Source of the DNA: an uncultured Actinomycetes bacterium
Lineage (GTDB): Bacteria; Actinomycetota; Thermoleophilia; RBG-16-64-13
DNA length: 64,000 nucleotides
Direction of reading: 5' to 3'
Assembly: GCA_963706025.1 (NCBI GenBank)
Contig: CAVPLM010000005.1
Coordinates: 1-64,000 of the forward strand
Shown: in pieces, positions 1 to 15,007 of the stretch
How the letters are laid out: every line of letters starts with the position of its first letter
Position numbering within the stretch: the first letter of the stretch is position 1
The notes under the pieces: generated by a model
The model's input: only the letters and a program-made list of their open reading frames with translations
Told to the model about the DNA's origin: nothing
Databases searched by the model: none
Position numbers and translations under genes: made by a program

Positions 1-180
1 TTATCGCTCCAGCCCAAGATCCATCCAAAGTCGGATGCGAGCGAGGGCCTCGCATGTGTATGCTTCGCGCTCGGCTGTCGCCACCAAGAGGGGCTGCGTC
101 GTCTATACTCGGTTTCGGAAGGGAACAAGATGCGAGCGTCAGAAGTGAGGTCCCATCTCCTGCCGCCGGAGACGGCGAAC

Positions 181-402
181 ATGTATCTAACGGCGATCGT
201 GGAAGAAGATGGCGACGGATTCGTCGCCCTGTGCCCCGAGCTTGATGTCGCCAGCCAGGGCGAGAGCGTTGAGCAGGCGACGGACAATCTTCGCGAGGCC
301 GTCGAACTTCTCCTCTCGTGCGCCGATCCTGCGGAGATCTCCTCGCGGCTGAAGACTCGCGTCTATGTGACCCACTTCGAGGCCCGCGGTGGGGCGGCTT
401 AG
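181..402 (+). CDS. hicB: HicB-family antitoxin (short, no DNA-binding domain)
   Basis: MYLTAIVEEDGDGFVALCPELDVASQGESVEQATDNLREAVELLL is a typical HicB signature; overlaps hicA. Confidence 0.85.
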   Translation: MYLTAIVEEDGDGFVALCPELDVASQGESVEQATDNLREAVELLLSCADPAEISSRLKTRVYVTHFEARGGAA

Positions 403-610
403 GGTCCTGTCCGGAGCCGACGTCTGCCGCATTCTCTCCGATCAGGGCTTCACCGAAGTAAGACGCAGGGGAAGTCACGTCGTGATGCAGAAGGGCACGC
501 CGGACCGCACAGTCACGGTGCCCGTTCCCACCCATGCTGAGCTCAGACGAGGCACACTCGCCTCAGTCGTCCGCCAGTCCGGACTCCCTCGTTCCCTATT
601 CGAAGAGTGA
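389..610 (+). CDS. hicA: HicA-family mRNA interferase toxin
   Basis: GF..VRRRGSHVVM and VPVP.H.EL..GTL.S motifs; 73 aa. Confidence 0.9.
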   Translation: MGRLRVLSGADVCRILSDQGFTEVRRRGSHVVMQKGTPDRTVTVPVPTHAELRRGTLASVVRQSGLPRSLFEE

Positions 611-643
611 TCGCGACGTCGGTGGGGCGGCGCCTCGGCCCAC

Positions 644-1300
644 CTAGTCCACGCTGACCGACCGTACCTCATCCAGTTCTGCGATGAGGGCGGTCAGCTT
701 CGCCCTATCGGTGCCGCGCGGCAGCTTGAGAAGGAGATGGATGGTGTTGCTGTCATCCTCGCCCGGCACCACCGCCATCTCGTTGACGACCACCTGGGCC
801 TGCTGAAGGACGCCGATAAGCTGAGTAAGGGACCCGTAGCCGGGAGAGCGGAAGTGGACCCGCATTCCCACCGGCTGCCCCAAGCGGGGGTAGAGGATCC
901 GGTTTTCGATCAGTCGCAGGACGTAGAGGCTGATCATGACCAAGGCCGTGGTGATCAACGCCGCGGAGTAGAAACCCTGGGCGGCCAGCAATCCTACCGC
1001 GGCTACGGTCCAGAGACTGGCGGCGGTGGTGAGGCCCCGCACCGAAACGCCGTAGCGGATGATGGCACCGGCGCCCAAGAACCCTATCCCGGTCACTACC
1101 TGGGCGGAGATGCGGTTGGGGTCGAAATCTGTCCCCTCGAGACCATAAGAGGAGGCCAGGGTGAAAGCGGCCGCCCCCACCGCGACCAGGATGTGAGTCC
1201 TGAAACCCGCCGTGTGCTCCCGGATCTCGCGCTCGATCCCGATCAGTCCACCGAGCACGGCGGCGAGGAGGATGCGTATGACCACGTCGATGATCGGCAT
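644..1300 (-). CDS. MgtC/SapB family membrane protein with C-terminal ACT-like domain
   Basis: GLIGIERE..AGFRTH, DPNRISAQVVTGIGFLGAG and GLTTAASLW motifs. Confidence 0.9.
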   Translation of the reverse strand: MPIIDVVIRILLAAVLGGLIGIEREIREHTAGFRTHILVAVGAAAFTLASSYGLEGTDFDPNRISAQVVTGIGFLGAGAIIRYGVSVRGLTTAASLWTVAAVGLLAAQGFYSAALITTALVMISLYVLRLIENRILYPRLGQPVGMRVHFRSPGYGSLTQLIGVLQQAQVVVNEMAVVPGEDDSNTIHLLLKLPRGTDRAKLTALIAELDEVRSVSVD

Positions 1301-1539
1301 GCCTTCATACTAGGGGCACTGACTCCCGGTGGCAAGCGGGCCGGCGCGGCCGCTGCGCGTACAGCCTGCCCTGGAGGGAGCGTGCCGGACACAGGTGGGA
1401 TTCATCTTAGCTCTCTCCTTCTTCCCCCACTCGAGCGATATACACGCAATCATCCATCTGATACAGTCGGGACGTGCTCTTTAGGCAAGTCGGCAGGGGG
1501 TCCTTTGGGCCTCGCCGGGGAAAGCAGGAGGAGGGTGCA

Positions 1540-2731
1540 ATGAAGAAGGCGTTGATCCTAGGGTTGGTGCTTGTGTTTGCGTTGGCCATGGGGGTGGCCG
1601 CCTGCGGCGAGGAAGAGGAGACGACCACAACCGCCGCGCCGGAGACGACCACGACCACCGCCGCGCCGGAGACGACCACGACGGCGGCCCCCGAAACGAC
1701 GACGACCTCGACCTATGCTGCCGGACAATGGAAATTCACGTTCAACACGTTCTTCCCGGCCACCAACAATATCGCCATCGTGGGCGAGATGTGGCAGGCA
1801 GAGATCACGAAACGCACCAATGGCGCCGTGGAGTTCGAGTACCTGCCCGGTGCGTCGCTGACCGCTCGCCCCCAAAGTCTATGACGGTGTGACGACCGGC
1901 ATCTCGGATCTGGGGTTCTCGGTCATGGCCTATACCCCGGGGATATTCCCCGTAATGGAATTCGTGGACTTTCCTCATGGGTATCCCTCGGGGTACGTCT
2001 CGACCATGGTGGTGAACGACTACTACAACCAGTACAAGCCGGCCGAGTTCAACGACGTGCATGTCTTTGCCTTCTACGGGACGGGCCCGCAGGTGGTCTT
2101 CACCACCGGCACGCCCGTGAAGACGCTGGCAGACAATAAGGGGCTGGTGCTCAGGTCGACCGGTGTGGGGGCCACCATCGCCGGCCTCCTGGGGGCCGAG
2201 GGTTATGCCGCGCCTCAGAACGAAGCCTACGAACTCATGTCCAAAGGGGTCATCGACGGGAGCATCGCTCCTCGCGAGGTCTTGCTGGGCTGGAAACAGG
2301 CTGAGGTCGTCAAGTACGTCACCAACTGTTTCTCCATCGGCTCGTGCACCGGCATGTATCTGATCATGAACAACGACAAGTGGAACGAGCTTCCGCCCGA
2401 CATCCAGCAGGTCTTCACCGACGTCAGCGCGGAGTACGTCGAATACTGGGCGAAGGTAGGTTCGGCCTACGACTACGACGCCATGGTCTTCTTCAACGAG
2501 CAGGAGGGTCGTGAGGAGATCGACCTGTCCGAAGAGGAGAACGCTGCCTGGAAGACCGCCGTCAGGCCGATGATAGACGAGAAGAACACCGCCCTTAAGG
2601 ACGCGGGATTCACGGACGACTATGAAGCGTTCATCCAGGAGCGGATCGCATACTGGACGGAGAACCAGGTACCCGAAGAAGAATGCTCCGCCTGGGTCAA
2701 GGAGAACATCAAGTCCCCGTCGGCGCAGTAG
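1540..2731 (+). CDS. dctP: TRAP transporter substrate-binding lipoprotein DctP (frameshift near 1866, probable sequencing error)
   Basis: Lipobox VAAC, Thr-rich linker, then DctP-like sequence split over ORFs 1474-1884 and 1889-2731; adjacent to dctQM. Confidence 0.85.
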
Positions 2732-2778
2732 GGGTCCATACACGATAGATAGCGATCTGCAAGCAGTTGTGAAAACCA

Positions 2779-2812
2779 GCATAGAGGCGGGGCGTGTGCC
2801 CCGCCTCTATGC
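2779..2812 (+). terminator. 15-bp stem-loop after dctP (terminator or mRNA-stabilising hairpin)
   Basis: GCATAGAGGCGGGGC-gtgt-GCCCCGCCTCTATGC perfect inverted repeat. Confidence 0.6.
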
Positions 2813-2844
2813 CTAAATGGAAGGTGTCGAGGCAAGGAGGTCCT

Positions 2845-3408
2845 ATGGAGATGCTTCCTCCCGACCAGGAGCCTCTTCCGCTCCGCGAGACCGGATTGGA
2901 CACAGGTATCCTGAAGAGGCTGGACAGGTACATCGTCCTCTTCAGCAAGGTCCTGTTCTGGATAGCCGGCGCCGGTCTCGTGGGGCTGCTCTTGCTCATA
3001 GTAGCCGACGTCATCGGGATCAAGATACTCTCCCGTCCGGTGCCGGGAGGCATCGAGATCGTATCCTTCCTGGTGGTGGTCGCGATAGCCGGCGCGGTAC
3101 CCTTCACGCAGGTGATGAAGGGGCATGTCGCAGTCGACTTCATCGTGGAGAAGTTCCCGCGCCGCGCCAAGTTGATCATAGACGCCATCATGATCTTCTT
3201 CAGCGTTTGTCTCTTCGCGGTGATGACTTGGTACAGCTTCAAATACGCCGGGGGCCTCAGGTCCTCCGGCGAAGTGTCCATGACCCAGAAGATCCCCTTC
3301 TATCCCTTCGTGTACGGGATGGCTGTCTGCTTTGTAGCCTTGCTTCTGGTCCTGATCATGGATCTCGTGAAATCGATCGCAAAGGCGGCTAAAACATGGA
3401 CCCCGTGA
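2845..3408 (+). CDS. dctQ: TRAP small permease DctQ
   Basis: Four TM segments, GHVAVD motif, AAGGAGG RBS. Confidence 0.88.
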   Translation: MEMLPPDQEPLPLRETGLDTGILKRLDRYIVLFSKVLFWIAGAGLVGLLLLIVADVIGIKILSRPVPGGIEIVSFLVVVAIAGAVPFTQVMKGHVAVDFIVEKFPRRAKLIIDAIMIFFSVCLFAVMTWYSFKYAGGLRSSGEVSMTQKIPFYPFVYGMAVCFVALLLVLIMDLVKSIAKAAKTWTP

Positions 3409-4701
3409 CGATCGGGATCATCGGGGTCGCCGTCCTGATTGTCATCTTCCTGCTGGGCATGCCCGTGGGCTTCACCATGGCCTTTGTGGGATTGATCGGA
3501 TTCGCGGCGGTCAAGGGCCCGGAGGCAGGGCTAAGCATATTGGCGCGTGACTTCTGGGAGGTTTGGTCCAGCTACAACCTGACGGTCATCCCCATGTTCG
3601 TCTTCATGGGCTCCGTAGCTTTCTATGCCGGGATGAGCGGCAGGTTGTACCAGGCCGCGTACATCATATTCGGCAGGTGGCGCGGGGGACTGGCCATGGC
3701 GACGATCGTCGCGACCGCCGGGTTCTCGGCCATCTGCGGCTCCACCAGCGCGACCGCGGCGGCCATGGGCAAGGTGGCGATACCAGAGATGCGGCGGCAC
3801 GGGTACGATCCCGGCCTGGCCTGCGGTTGCATGGCCGCGGCGGGGAGTCTGGGGATCATGATCCCTCCCAGCACCATCTTCATCATCTACGGCATCCTGT
3901 CCGAGCAGTCGATCGGCAAGCTGTTCGTCGCCGGAGTGGTCCCCGGTCTGATCCTGGCCTTCCTGTTCTGTATCGCGGTGTATATCTGGACCGTGTTCAG
4001 ACCGACCGCGGCCCCGGCCGGGGGCAGGACCAGCATGAAGGCAGAAGCTGATCGGGCGTGACCGGCCTCATTGAGATGCTGTTTCTCTTCGCGCTGGTCA
4101 TCGGCGGCCTGTTCGCGGGGCTCTTCAGCCCCACCCAGGCCGCGGGCGTGGGCACAGCGGCCGCCATCGTCATCGGAGTGGTGAGAAGGTCGTTCGATCT
4201 GCGGAGATTCTGGCTCTCGGTCAAGGACACCCTGCTTATCACCGCCATGATCATGACCATCGTGGCGGGCGCGACGGTGTTCGGTCATTTCATGGCCGTC
4301 ACCGGCATACCGTCGGCCGCTGCCGATTTCCTCGGCGGTCTCCCGGTCCCCCCGACCGTCGTCATGATAATGATACTGGCCATGTACCTGGTCGCCGGAA
4401 TGTTCATGGACTCCCTGGCCATGGTCACACTGACCGTCCCGATACTCTACCCGACAGTGATGGCGCTGGGATTCGACCCGATCTGGTTCGGGGTCATCAT
4501 CGTCCTGGTGGTGGAGATGGGGGTGATAACGCCGCCGGTGGGCATAAACGTCTACATCATCAAGGGAGTGGCGCCGGACGTGCCTATGGGGAAGATATTC
4601 AAAGGGGCCTGTCGTTCCTGGTCGGCATGATCATCTTGGCCGCACTGCTGCTGATCTTCCCTCAAATCGCCACCTGGCTACCCAGCTTCGTCACGTATTG
4701 A
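3396..4701 (+). CDS. dctM: TRAP large permease DctM (frameshifts near 4050 and 4610)
   Basis: GSTSATAAAMG, GIMIPPS and EMGVITPPVGIN motifs; the C-terminal frame ends at TGA 4699-4701. Confidence 0.88.
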
Positions 4702-4725
4702 CGGCAATACTCATAGGGTCTGAAT

Positions 4726-4756
4726 CGGGGGACTGCCCTGCAACGGCAGTCCCCCG
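4726..4756 (+). terminator. Stem-loop after dctM
   Basis: CGGGGGACTGCC-N7-GGCAGTCCCCCG. Confidence 0.6.
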
Positions 4757-4933
4757 TGATGGACGCGCTCAACTCGCCCCGAGCATCGGCCGTATGCTCC
4801 CGGGTTCAGGGTCGCCTTTCTGCCCTTCAGGCTGTGTCCGGTCATCTTCACGTTGTCGGCCGTTCTGATAGCCCTGGGGGCCTGGCTCTGACCAGCGCGA
4901 GGCCGGCGCTAAGGCAGGGTTCAGGGCAAGGGC

Positions 4934-5332
4934 TCAAGGCAGGGTTGCGAAGCCTTCCTGGCGGAAGTGCTCGTCGGTGGCGATGGCGGCCTCTATTCTC
5001 AGTCGCCGCATCATCACGAAGCTCAGGCAATCGGTGAGAGTGTACGTCTTGTGTGGGCGCTCGAGGAAGAGCGCCCAGGCCCGCAGCTCCTCGGTCGCGT
5101 CGGGGTGCTCCACCCTCACCTCCGCCGCCGAACGGATGTGCGAACCTGCTCTGGCCGCCGTCTCGTGGTCGCTTCGGGTCAGAAGCAGGGCGACAAGCTC
5201 GTCGAGCACATAGGTGCTGGTCACGAAGACTGCATCTGGCTGCCGCATGAGCCGCACTATCTCCTTGTGCTTGGGGGAACCCGCGAACAGGAGGTCGTAC
5301 CAGCCGGAAGTATCGACGAACAGAGGCCTCAT
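4934..5332 (-). CDS. vapC: VapC PIN-domain toxin
   Basis: FVDTS, VLDE, TDCLSF and ATDEHF acidic PIN motifs. Confidence 0.92.
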   Translation of the reverse strand: MRPLFVDTSGWYDLLFAGSPKHKEIVRLMRQPDAVFVTSTYVLDELVALLLTRSDHETAARAGSHIRSAAEVRVEHPDATEELRAWALFLERPHKTYTLTDCLSFVMMRRLRIEAAIATDEHFRQEGFATLP

Positions 5333-5601
5333 GGGCGATCGGTACTCGTGCCGTCGGCAGACGTACCCGGTCGGTGGCCGTAGAGGACGGCGTCGTGATC
5401 CTTGCCGCTGAAATCACTCTCGCCGATAAGGCCGGCAGCATCCCAGATGTGGGGCGCATCCGCGGCTGCGCGCTGCATGCGTTCCCGAACGAGGCCTCTC
5501 ACCACCGAGGACAGGCTGGACCCGCTCTCAGCGGCCCGGGCTTTGAGGAATCGATACTCCTCTTCTTCCAGCGTCACTTGTGTTCGGGTCATGCGTGCCA
5601 T
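5329..5601 (-). CDS. Ribbon-helix-helix (CopG-like) antitoxin
   Basis: MTRTQVTL...SLSSVVR RHH pattern, DHDAVLYG tail, 4-nt overlap with vapC. Confidence 0.8.
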   Translation of the reverse strand: MARMTRTQVTLEEEEYRFLKARAAESGSSLSSVVRGLVRERMQRAAADAPHIWDAAGLIGESDFSGKDHDAVLYGHRPGTSADGTSTDRP

Positions 5602-5657
5602 TGTTCTCTCCTCGCGGGACTGCGCCATAGGACCTTCGTCCGAGATATGCAGCTTGA

Positions 5658-5679
5658 TGACATATTACATCACATGTCA
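5658..5679. promoter_or_regulatory. Palindromic operator candidate upstream of the vapBC pair
   Basis: TGACAT-N10-ATGTCA, overlapping a minus-strand TAATAT -10-like hexamer. Confidence 0.45.
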
Positions 5680-5909
5680 CCATATCTTGAGGTGGTGCGG
5701 TTGGGTGGTTTCCGCCGCCCTGAATGGCGCGAGTTCGCCTGCGGCTGGAACCAAGTGTGTGGGCCGTCTTGACGCCATCATCGATCGAAGGTTGGATTGC
5801 TCACCGTCGGCTACTCCGCGTAGGCTTTCCTGCGAGAGTCCCAGGGGCGAACACGACCCGGGGCGTCTGCGCCATTTGAAAAACGTTATCACAGAAGGTA
5901 ACATTAGTC

Positions 5910-6104
5910 ATGCCCAAGGTCCGGCGAGGCGGATATGTCTTCCTTGTCTGGAAGGGTGATCATTCGCCCCGGCACGTGCATGTCTAGCGGGGTGGGCTCT
6001 TCGTCCTGAAGTGGGACCTTGACGGCCACAAGCCGATGGCCGGCAGGCCATCGCGGAGGGTAGTGAAGTTGATTCGCCAACTGGAGTCTGAGGGTCTGCT
6101 GTGA
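5910..6104 (+). pseudogene. DUF4160-like toxin with in-frame TAG at codon 26
   Basis: MPKVRRGGYVFLVWKGDHSPRHVHV*RGGLFVLKWDL...EGLL; H-x-P-x-H-V-H motif; stop overlaps the next GTG; absent from the ORF track. Confidence 0.7.
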
Positions 6105-6601
6105 AGATCAGGTCGGTCGGATACAACAACCACAGGCACGCGTTCGCAGTCACAACGCCTCGCGGGGAGTTCAGCTTCCCCTACTCGAAGGCCGCGCCGA
6201 TTCCCAGCGCAGCCGATCCGATCGCTGATATCGGGATCGATGCCGAGCTTGGGGGAGAGGGGTTCACCTACCGCTTGGTCTCTGGTTTGGAGGGCTCGGT
6301 GCACATCGAGCAGGTCCTTGAGTACAATCGGGACCCCGGCTACATGCGCGACCTTCTTCTCTACAGACTGACTCTAGAGGCTATCAAGCGCGTCGAGGAC
6401 AGCCCCCTTTCCAAGCGCGAGATCATCCGGAGGCTTGGCACGTCTCCGACCCAGTTCTATCGGCTCCTCGATCCCACCAACTACCGCAAGTCGGTCGACA
6501 AGGTGCTTGTGCTCCTTCATGTGCTGGAATGTGAGGTCGATCTGCTAGTGGCCGCCAAGGGTTCGCGTTCACGGTGTCCCCGTGGATCTGAATGCTCTTG
6601 A
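6101..6601 (+). CDS. Antitoxin-like protein with C-terminal XRE HTH
   Basis: LSKREIIRRLGTSPTQFYRLLD HTH; translationally coupled to the DUF4160-like gene. Confidence 0.7.
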   Translation: MKIRSVGYNNHRHAFAVTTPRGEFSFPYSKAAPIPSAADPIADIGIDAELGGEGFTYRLVSGLEGSVHIEQVLEYNRDPGYMRDLLLYRLTLEAIKRVEDSPLSKREIIRRLGTSPTQFYRLLDPTNYRKSVDKVLVLLHVLECEVDLLVAAKGSRSRCPRGSECS

Positions 6602-6819
6602 TCGTTGGTATCTTCACTGTTTACTTCTTTGGAGGCCCCGGTTGCCCTCACCGCGGGTACGGGCGCGATCGGATGCTGTGGCGGTGACGGCGATACGGGA
6701 TTTGGCGCCGCGCGATGGGGCTGGAATAATGGGTGACCGGAACGGTTCGCTGGGGCCTCGTCGTCGGCCAGGACCCTGACACCAGATAAGAGACTAGGAC
6801 TAGAGCGGAAGGACGGCGC

Positions 6820-9456
<2,637 letters not shown>

Positions 9457-9550
9457 CGAGAGCCGTGTGCGGCGCCCGCGCCGTCGCCGGGAACGGAAGC
9501 GGCTGAGCGGTCGTATCATAGGTGTATGGGCAGTGTGTGAGAGGGCGACG

Positions 9551-10561
9551 GTGATCGTGCAGGCTCGCTTCCTTTCTTTCGGGTGCGCCTTGGTGACGAT
9601 GCTGGTGCTTCTGGCGAGCGTCCTCTCCGGCTGTGCTCCCGACACGGCGGCCACGCTCTCCAGCACGCCCACTCCCGCCGTCGCGTCATCGACTACGTCA
9701 GAGCCGTCGACCACGTGGCAGCAACCGGCCACGTCGACCACATTGCCCCCAGGGGTGATGACCTTCGACACTCTCACCCGGCGGTTCGAGATGCTCGTCG
9801 AGCATCAAGGCCTGGCCGGCACCCTTCCCTACTCGGTGTTGACGACGAAGGAGCTATCCTGGCTCTCACAGGCAGCCCCGCTGGTAACGGTCTCAGAAGC
9901 GAAGGGCTACCGATTTGCCGACGGCGGCCTGGTCATCATGCTCTTCTGCGAGCCGGTGGCGGAGGATTCCCAGGGCGAGGCGCAGAAGACCCTCGCCGGG
10001 CTGGCCGAGGCCAGCTACTCGCGGAGTGCTGAAGAGATGTGGGCTCGTGTTGCGGACGGCTACGGGTACCTCGTGGTCTCCGAGCACTACGCGGATAAGC
10101 TCGGCCGGCTGGCACAGATGGCCAGGGAGGGACCGCCGCCAGAGCACTACTTCGAGCAGCTCGAAAGGCCGTTCGCCGCTGTCACCGAGCGGTTCGAGGC
10201 CTGGGTAGCTCATGAGGACCTTCGCGGCACCCTGCCGTTCGCGGTCAAGCCTGCCGGAGAGAGCGCCTGGCTCTCGCAGGCAGTCCCGGAGGTGACGCAG
10301 GCGAATGCCTACGAATTCGCGAACGATGATCTGGTCATCCTGTTCGACCTTGCGGCGTTCTCCAGCTACGACACCGCCGAGGCGGCGTGGCGTGCAATCG
10401 ACGCAGCGGCCAAGGCCAGGTACGCAGGGCATGGCAGGATGGTGCGGACTTTCGTCGACGAGGATTTCGGATATGTGACGGTCACCGCCTCGGACGACTA
10501 TCGGCAGGAGTTCGGATTTGGTGCCGGGTGGGCCAGATGGGCGGGGCCTCCGGACTGGTAG
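9551..10561 (+). CDS. Hypothetical lipoprotein with Thr-rich linker and two internal repeat domains
   Basis: Lipobox LSGC; repeated TxRFE..V.H..L.GTLP..V....WLSQA.P.V....Y.FA...LVI. Confidence 0.65.
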   Translation: MIVQARFLSFGCALVTMLVLLASVLSGCAPDTAATLSSTPTPAVASSTTSEPSTTWQQPATSTTLPPGVMTFDTLTRRFEMLVEHQGLAGTLPYSVLTTKELSWLSQAAPLVTVSEAKGYRFADGGLVIMLFCEPVAEDSQGEAQKTLAGLAEASYSRSAEEMWARVADGYGYLVVSEHYADKLGRLAQMAREGPPPEHYFEQLERPFAAVTERFEAWVAHEDLRGTLPFAVKPAGESAWLSQAVPEVTQANAYEFANDDLVILFDLAAFSSYDTAEAAWRAIDAAAKARYAGHGRMVRTFVDEDFGYVTVTASDDYRQEFGFGAGWARWAGPPDW

Positions 10562-10613
10562 TGGGCACCGGCGTCGCCACCGCGGGCGTGGCGCGGCCGG
10601 CTCGCGGGGAAAC

Positions 10614-10645
10614 AAAAGGGGCGGCCTTGCGGCCGCCCCTTCTTT
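10614..10645. terminator. Bidirectional intrinsic terminator
   Basis: AAAAGGGGCGGCC-ttgc-GGCCGCCCCTTCTTT between convergent genes. Confidence 0.75.
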
Positions 10646-10677
10646 CACGCGTTGCCCGCTGAAGCGGGCTGGTCCGG

Positions 10678-12641
<1,964 letters not shown>

Positions 12642-12826
12642 CTTTTCCTCCGCTTTTTCCGATTTCAAGACAACAACAACCCTCTCCCGATCAGCTCGGG
12701 AGCGAACGCACACCAGCGTAGGATAACATACCGCCTCCGAACGCCGTCCTGCCCGGTATGAGACAGTATGTCGTGTCAGACACGGGCAGGCATCGTTGTG
12801 CCTTCCGCTGAATACGAGGAGGTCAG

Positions 12827-14224
12827 ATGTTCCTGCAGGTCACGGGAGCGGCGCGCGAGGTAACCGGATCGTGCTACCTGGTCGAGGTGGGTGCCACCCG
12901 GTTCCTGGTGGACTGTGGCATGCACCAAGGGGGCGATAAGGAGGAGGCTCTCAACTTCGCGCCCTTTCCCTTCGATCCCGTGGAGCTGGACTTCGTGCTG
13001 CTCACGCACGCCCATATCGATCACTCGGGCATGATCCCCCGGCTGGTGAAGAAGGGCTTCGAAGGGCCCATCTACGCGACCCCACCCACGTGCGACCTGG
13101 CCGAGATCATGCTGCTCGACTCGGCCTACATCCAGGAGATCGAGGCGGAGTGGCGCACGCGCAAGGCGCGGCGCGCCGGGCGCCGGGAGGTCGAGCCTCT
13201 CTACACCGAGGACGACGCTCACCGAGCCATCCGCCTGTTCAGACCGGTGGACTATGGCGCGCCCAAGGAGTTGGCCCCGGGCGTGACCGTGGTGTTCCAC
13301 GATGCCGGGCACATCCTGGGTTCGGCCTTCCTGGAATTGCGTCTGGAGGAGCGAGGCGAGAAGGTCAAGGTGCTCTTCAGCGGCGACGTGGGCCAACCCG
13401 ACCAGCCCATCATCCGCGATCCGGAGATCATCGAGCAGACCGACTATCTGATCATGGAGTCGACCTACGGCGACCGCCTGCACGTCCGCGACGGAGAGCC
13501 GGAGGACGAGCTGGCCGCGATCTTGGAGGAGGCCAAGCGCACCGGAGGGAACGTCATCATCCCGGCCTTCGCGGTGGGGCGGACCCAGGAGCTCCTCTAT
13601 TTCTTGCGCGAGATCTTCGACAAGCACCAGTTGGACATGCCGGTGTACGTGGACAGTCCCCTGGCCTCCCGGGCCACGGAGGTGTTCCGGCGGCATAGGG
13701 AGGCCTTCGACGATGAGGCCTGGAAGCTGGTCGGAGAACCGGGCGGCATCTTCGACTTCCCTCAACTGCACTACACCGCCAGCGCCGACGAATCCCGGGC
13801 TCTGAACGAGAAGAAGGGAATAGTGATCATCTCCGCGAGCGGGATGGCCGAGGCCGGCCGCATGCGGCACCATCTCAAGCACAACCTGTGGCGCCCCGAG
13901 GCGCACATGGTGATAGTCGGCTTCCAGGCTCGGCACACTCTGGGCCGCCGTCTTCTCGAGGGCGACAAGCAGGTGCGCCTGTTCGGAGAGGAGATCGCGG
14001 TCAAGGCCCAGATCCACGAGATCACTGGGCTCTCGGCCCACGCGGACCAGGAGCAACTGCTGGCCTGGGCCTCGCATTTCAAGCCTCCGCGGCTCACTAT
14101 CTTGACCCACGGCGAGACGGGGGCGGCCATGACTCTCGAGCGCCTGCTCGAGGACCGACTCCATTTCGCGGTCGTGGTGGCAGAGAGAAACGAGATCTTC
14201 GAACTTAAGGGAGGAGCCGAGTGA
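12827..14224 (+). CDS. MBL-fold beta-CASP ribonuclease (YSH1-like)
   Basis: THAHIDH, AGHILGS, ESTYG and SAHAD motifs. Confidence 0.92.
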   Translation: MFLQVTGAAREVTGSCYLVEVGATRFLVDCGMHQGGDKEEALNFAPFPFDPVELDFVLLTHAHIDHSGMIPRLVKKGFEGPIYATPPTCDLAEIMLLDSAYIQEIEAEWRTRKARRAGRREVEPLYTEDDAHRAIRLFRPVDYGAPKELAPGVTVVFHDAGHILGSAFLELRLEERGEKVKVLFSGDVGQPDQPIIRDPEIIEQTDYLIMESTYGDRLHVRDGEPEDELAAILEEAKRTGGNVIIPAFAVGRTQELLYFLREIFDKHQLDMPVYVDSPLASRATEVFRRHREAFDDEAWKLVGEPGGIFDFPQLHYTASADESRALNEKKGIVIISASGMAEAGRMRHHLKHNLWRPEAHMVIVGFQARHTLGRRLLEGDKQVRLFGEEIAVKAQIHEITGLSAHADQEQLLAWASHFKPPRLTILTHGETGAAMTLERLLEDRLHFAVVVAERNEIFELKGGAE

Positions 14225-14973
14225 CTGCCGACCCGGTGTGCGGTGCCACCGTCTCCGAGCGGGACGCAGTGGCCGCCTCTTTCTACAATGGCCGCGTGTA
14301 TCTCTTCTGTTCGGAGGAGCATCGCGACCTTTTCAGCACCGATCCCGAGCGGTATGCGAAGGGGATCGAGGCCATGGCCCTCAAGGTGGGCGTCATGGGG
14401 GCGGCCTCGGGAGACTTCACCGCTCAAGAGCGGGCGGACGCCCGGGAGCTAGGCCGGATCATAGCGGCCCGCGGTATGGTGCTGATCAGCGGCTCGGCCC
14501 CGGGCCTACCACTGGAGAGCGCCCTGGGAGCGCAGGCGGCCGGGGGTCTTTCGATAGGCATCTCGCCGGCCCTGAGCCTCGATGAGCATCTGCACGTCTA
14601 CCACTCGCCGGTGGAGGGCTTCGACGTCCTCATCTACACGGGCAGCGGCCTGATGGGCAGGGAGATAGTGAATATCCGTTCCAGCGACATCGTCTTGATC
14701 GTGAACGGGCACTCCGGCACCCTGGGCGAGTTTGCCATCGCCTACGATGAGGGCAAATTGATAGGCGTGCTTCAAGGGAGTGGCGGCATCGCCGATATCG
14801 TGCCGGAACTGGTCGAGGCCATCAACAAAGAGACGGGGGCGGCGATAATCTACGACCGCGATCCCGAGAAGCTGATCGATCGAGTCGTGGACTACTACGT
14901 GAACGTCCACTTCCGCCGTCCGTCGGTGTTCGTGAGTCAAGTTCAGGGAGGAAGACCACGGGTGGTGGGGTAG
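14221..14973 (+). CDS. YHS/TRASH domain fused to LOG/SLOG-family Rossmann protein
   Basis: DPVCG...YLFCS N-terminus; GVMG, GLMGREIVN and GTLGEFAIA LOG-like motifs. Confidence 0.75.
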   Translation: MTADPVCGATVSERDAVAASFYNGRVYLFCSEEHRDLFSTDPERYAKGIEAMALKVGVMGAASGDFTAQERADARELGRIIAARGMVLISGSAPGLPLESALGAQAAGGLSIGISPALSLDEHLHVYHSPVEGFDVLIYTGSGLMGREIVNIRSSDIVLIVNGHSGTLGEFAIAYDEGKLIGVLQGSGGIADIVPELVEAINKETGAAIIYDRDPEKLIDRVVDYYVNVHFRRPSVFVSQVQGGRPRVVG

Positions 14974-15007
14974 GAGTCGCGGGTGTGGGCCTAGGGGGGA
15001 GACCCCG

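Noticed and set aside
1617-1712. CRISPR-like repeats (also 25507-25554 and 27173-27250)
   Set aside because: These are in-frame coding linker repeats without unique spacers; no cas genes.
5985-5987. Pyrrolysine or amber recoding
   Set aside because: TAG is the normal stop of many genes here (dctP, leuS, pdhB, smpB), and no pyl genes are visible.
6602-6819. T-box riboswitch upstream of leuS
   Set aside because: No GGTGGNACCGCG T-box motif found.
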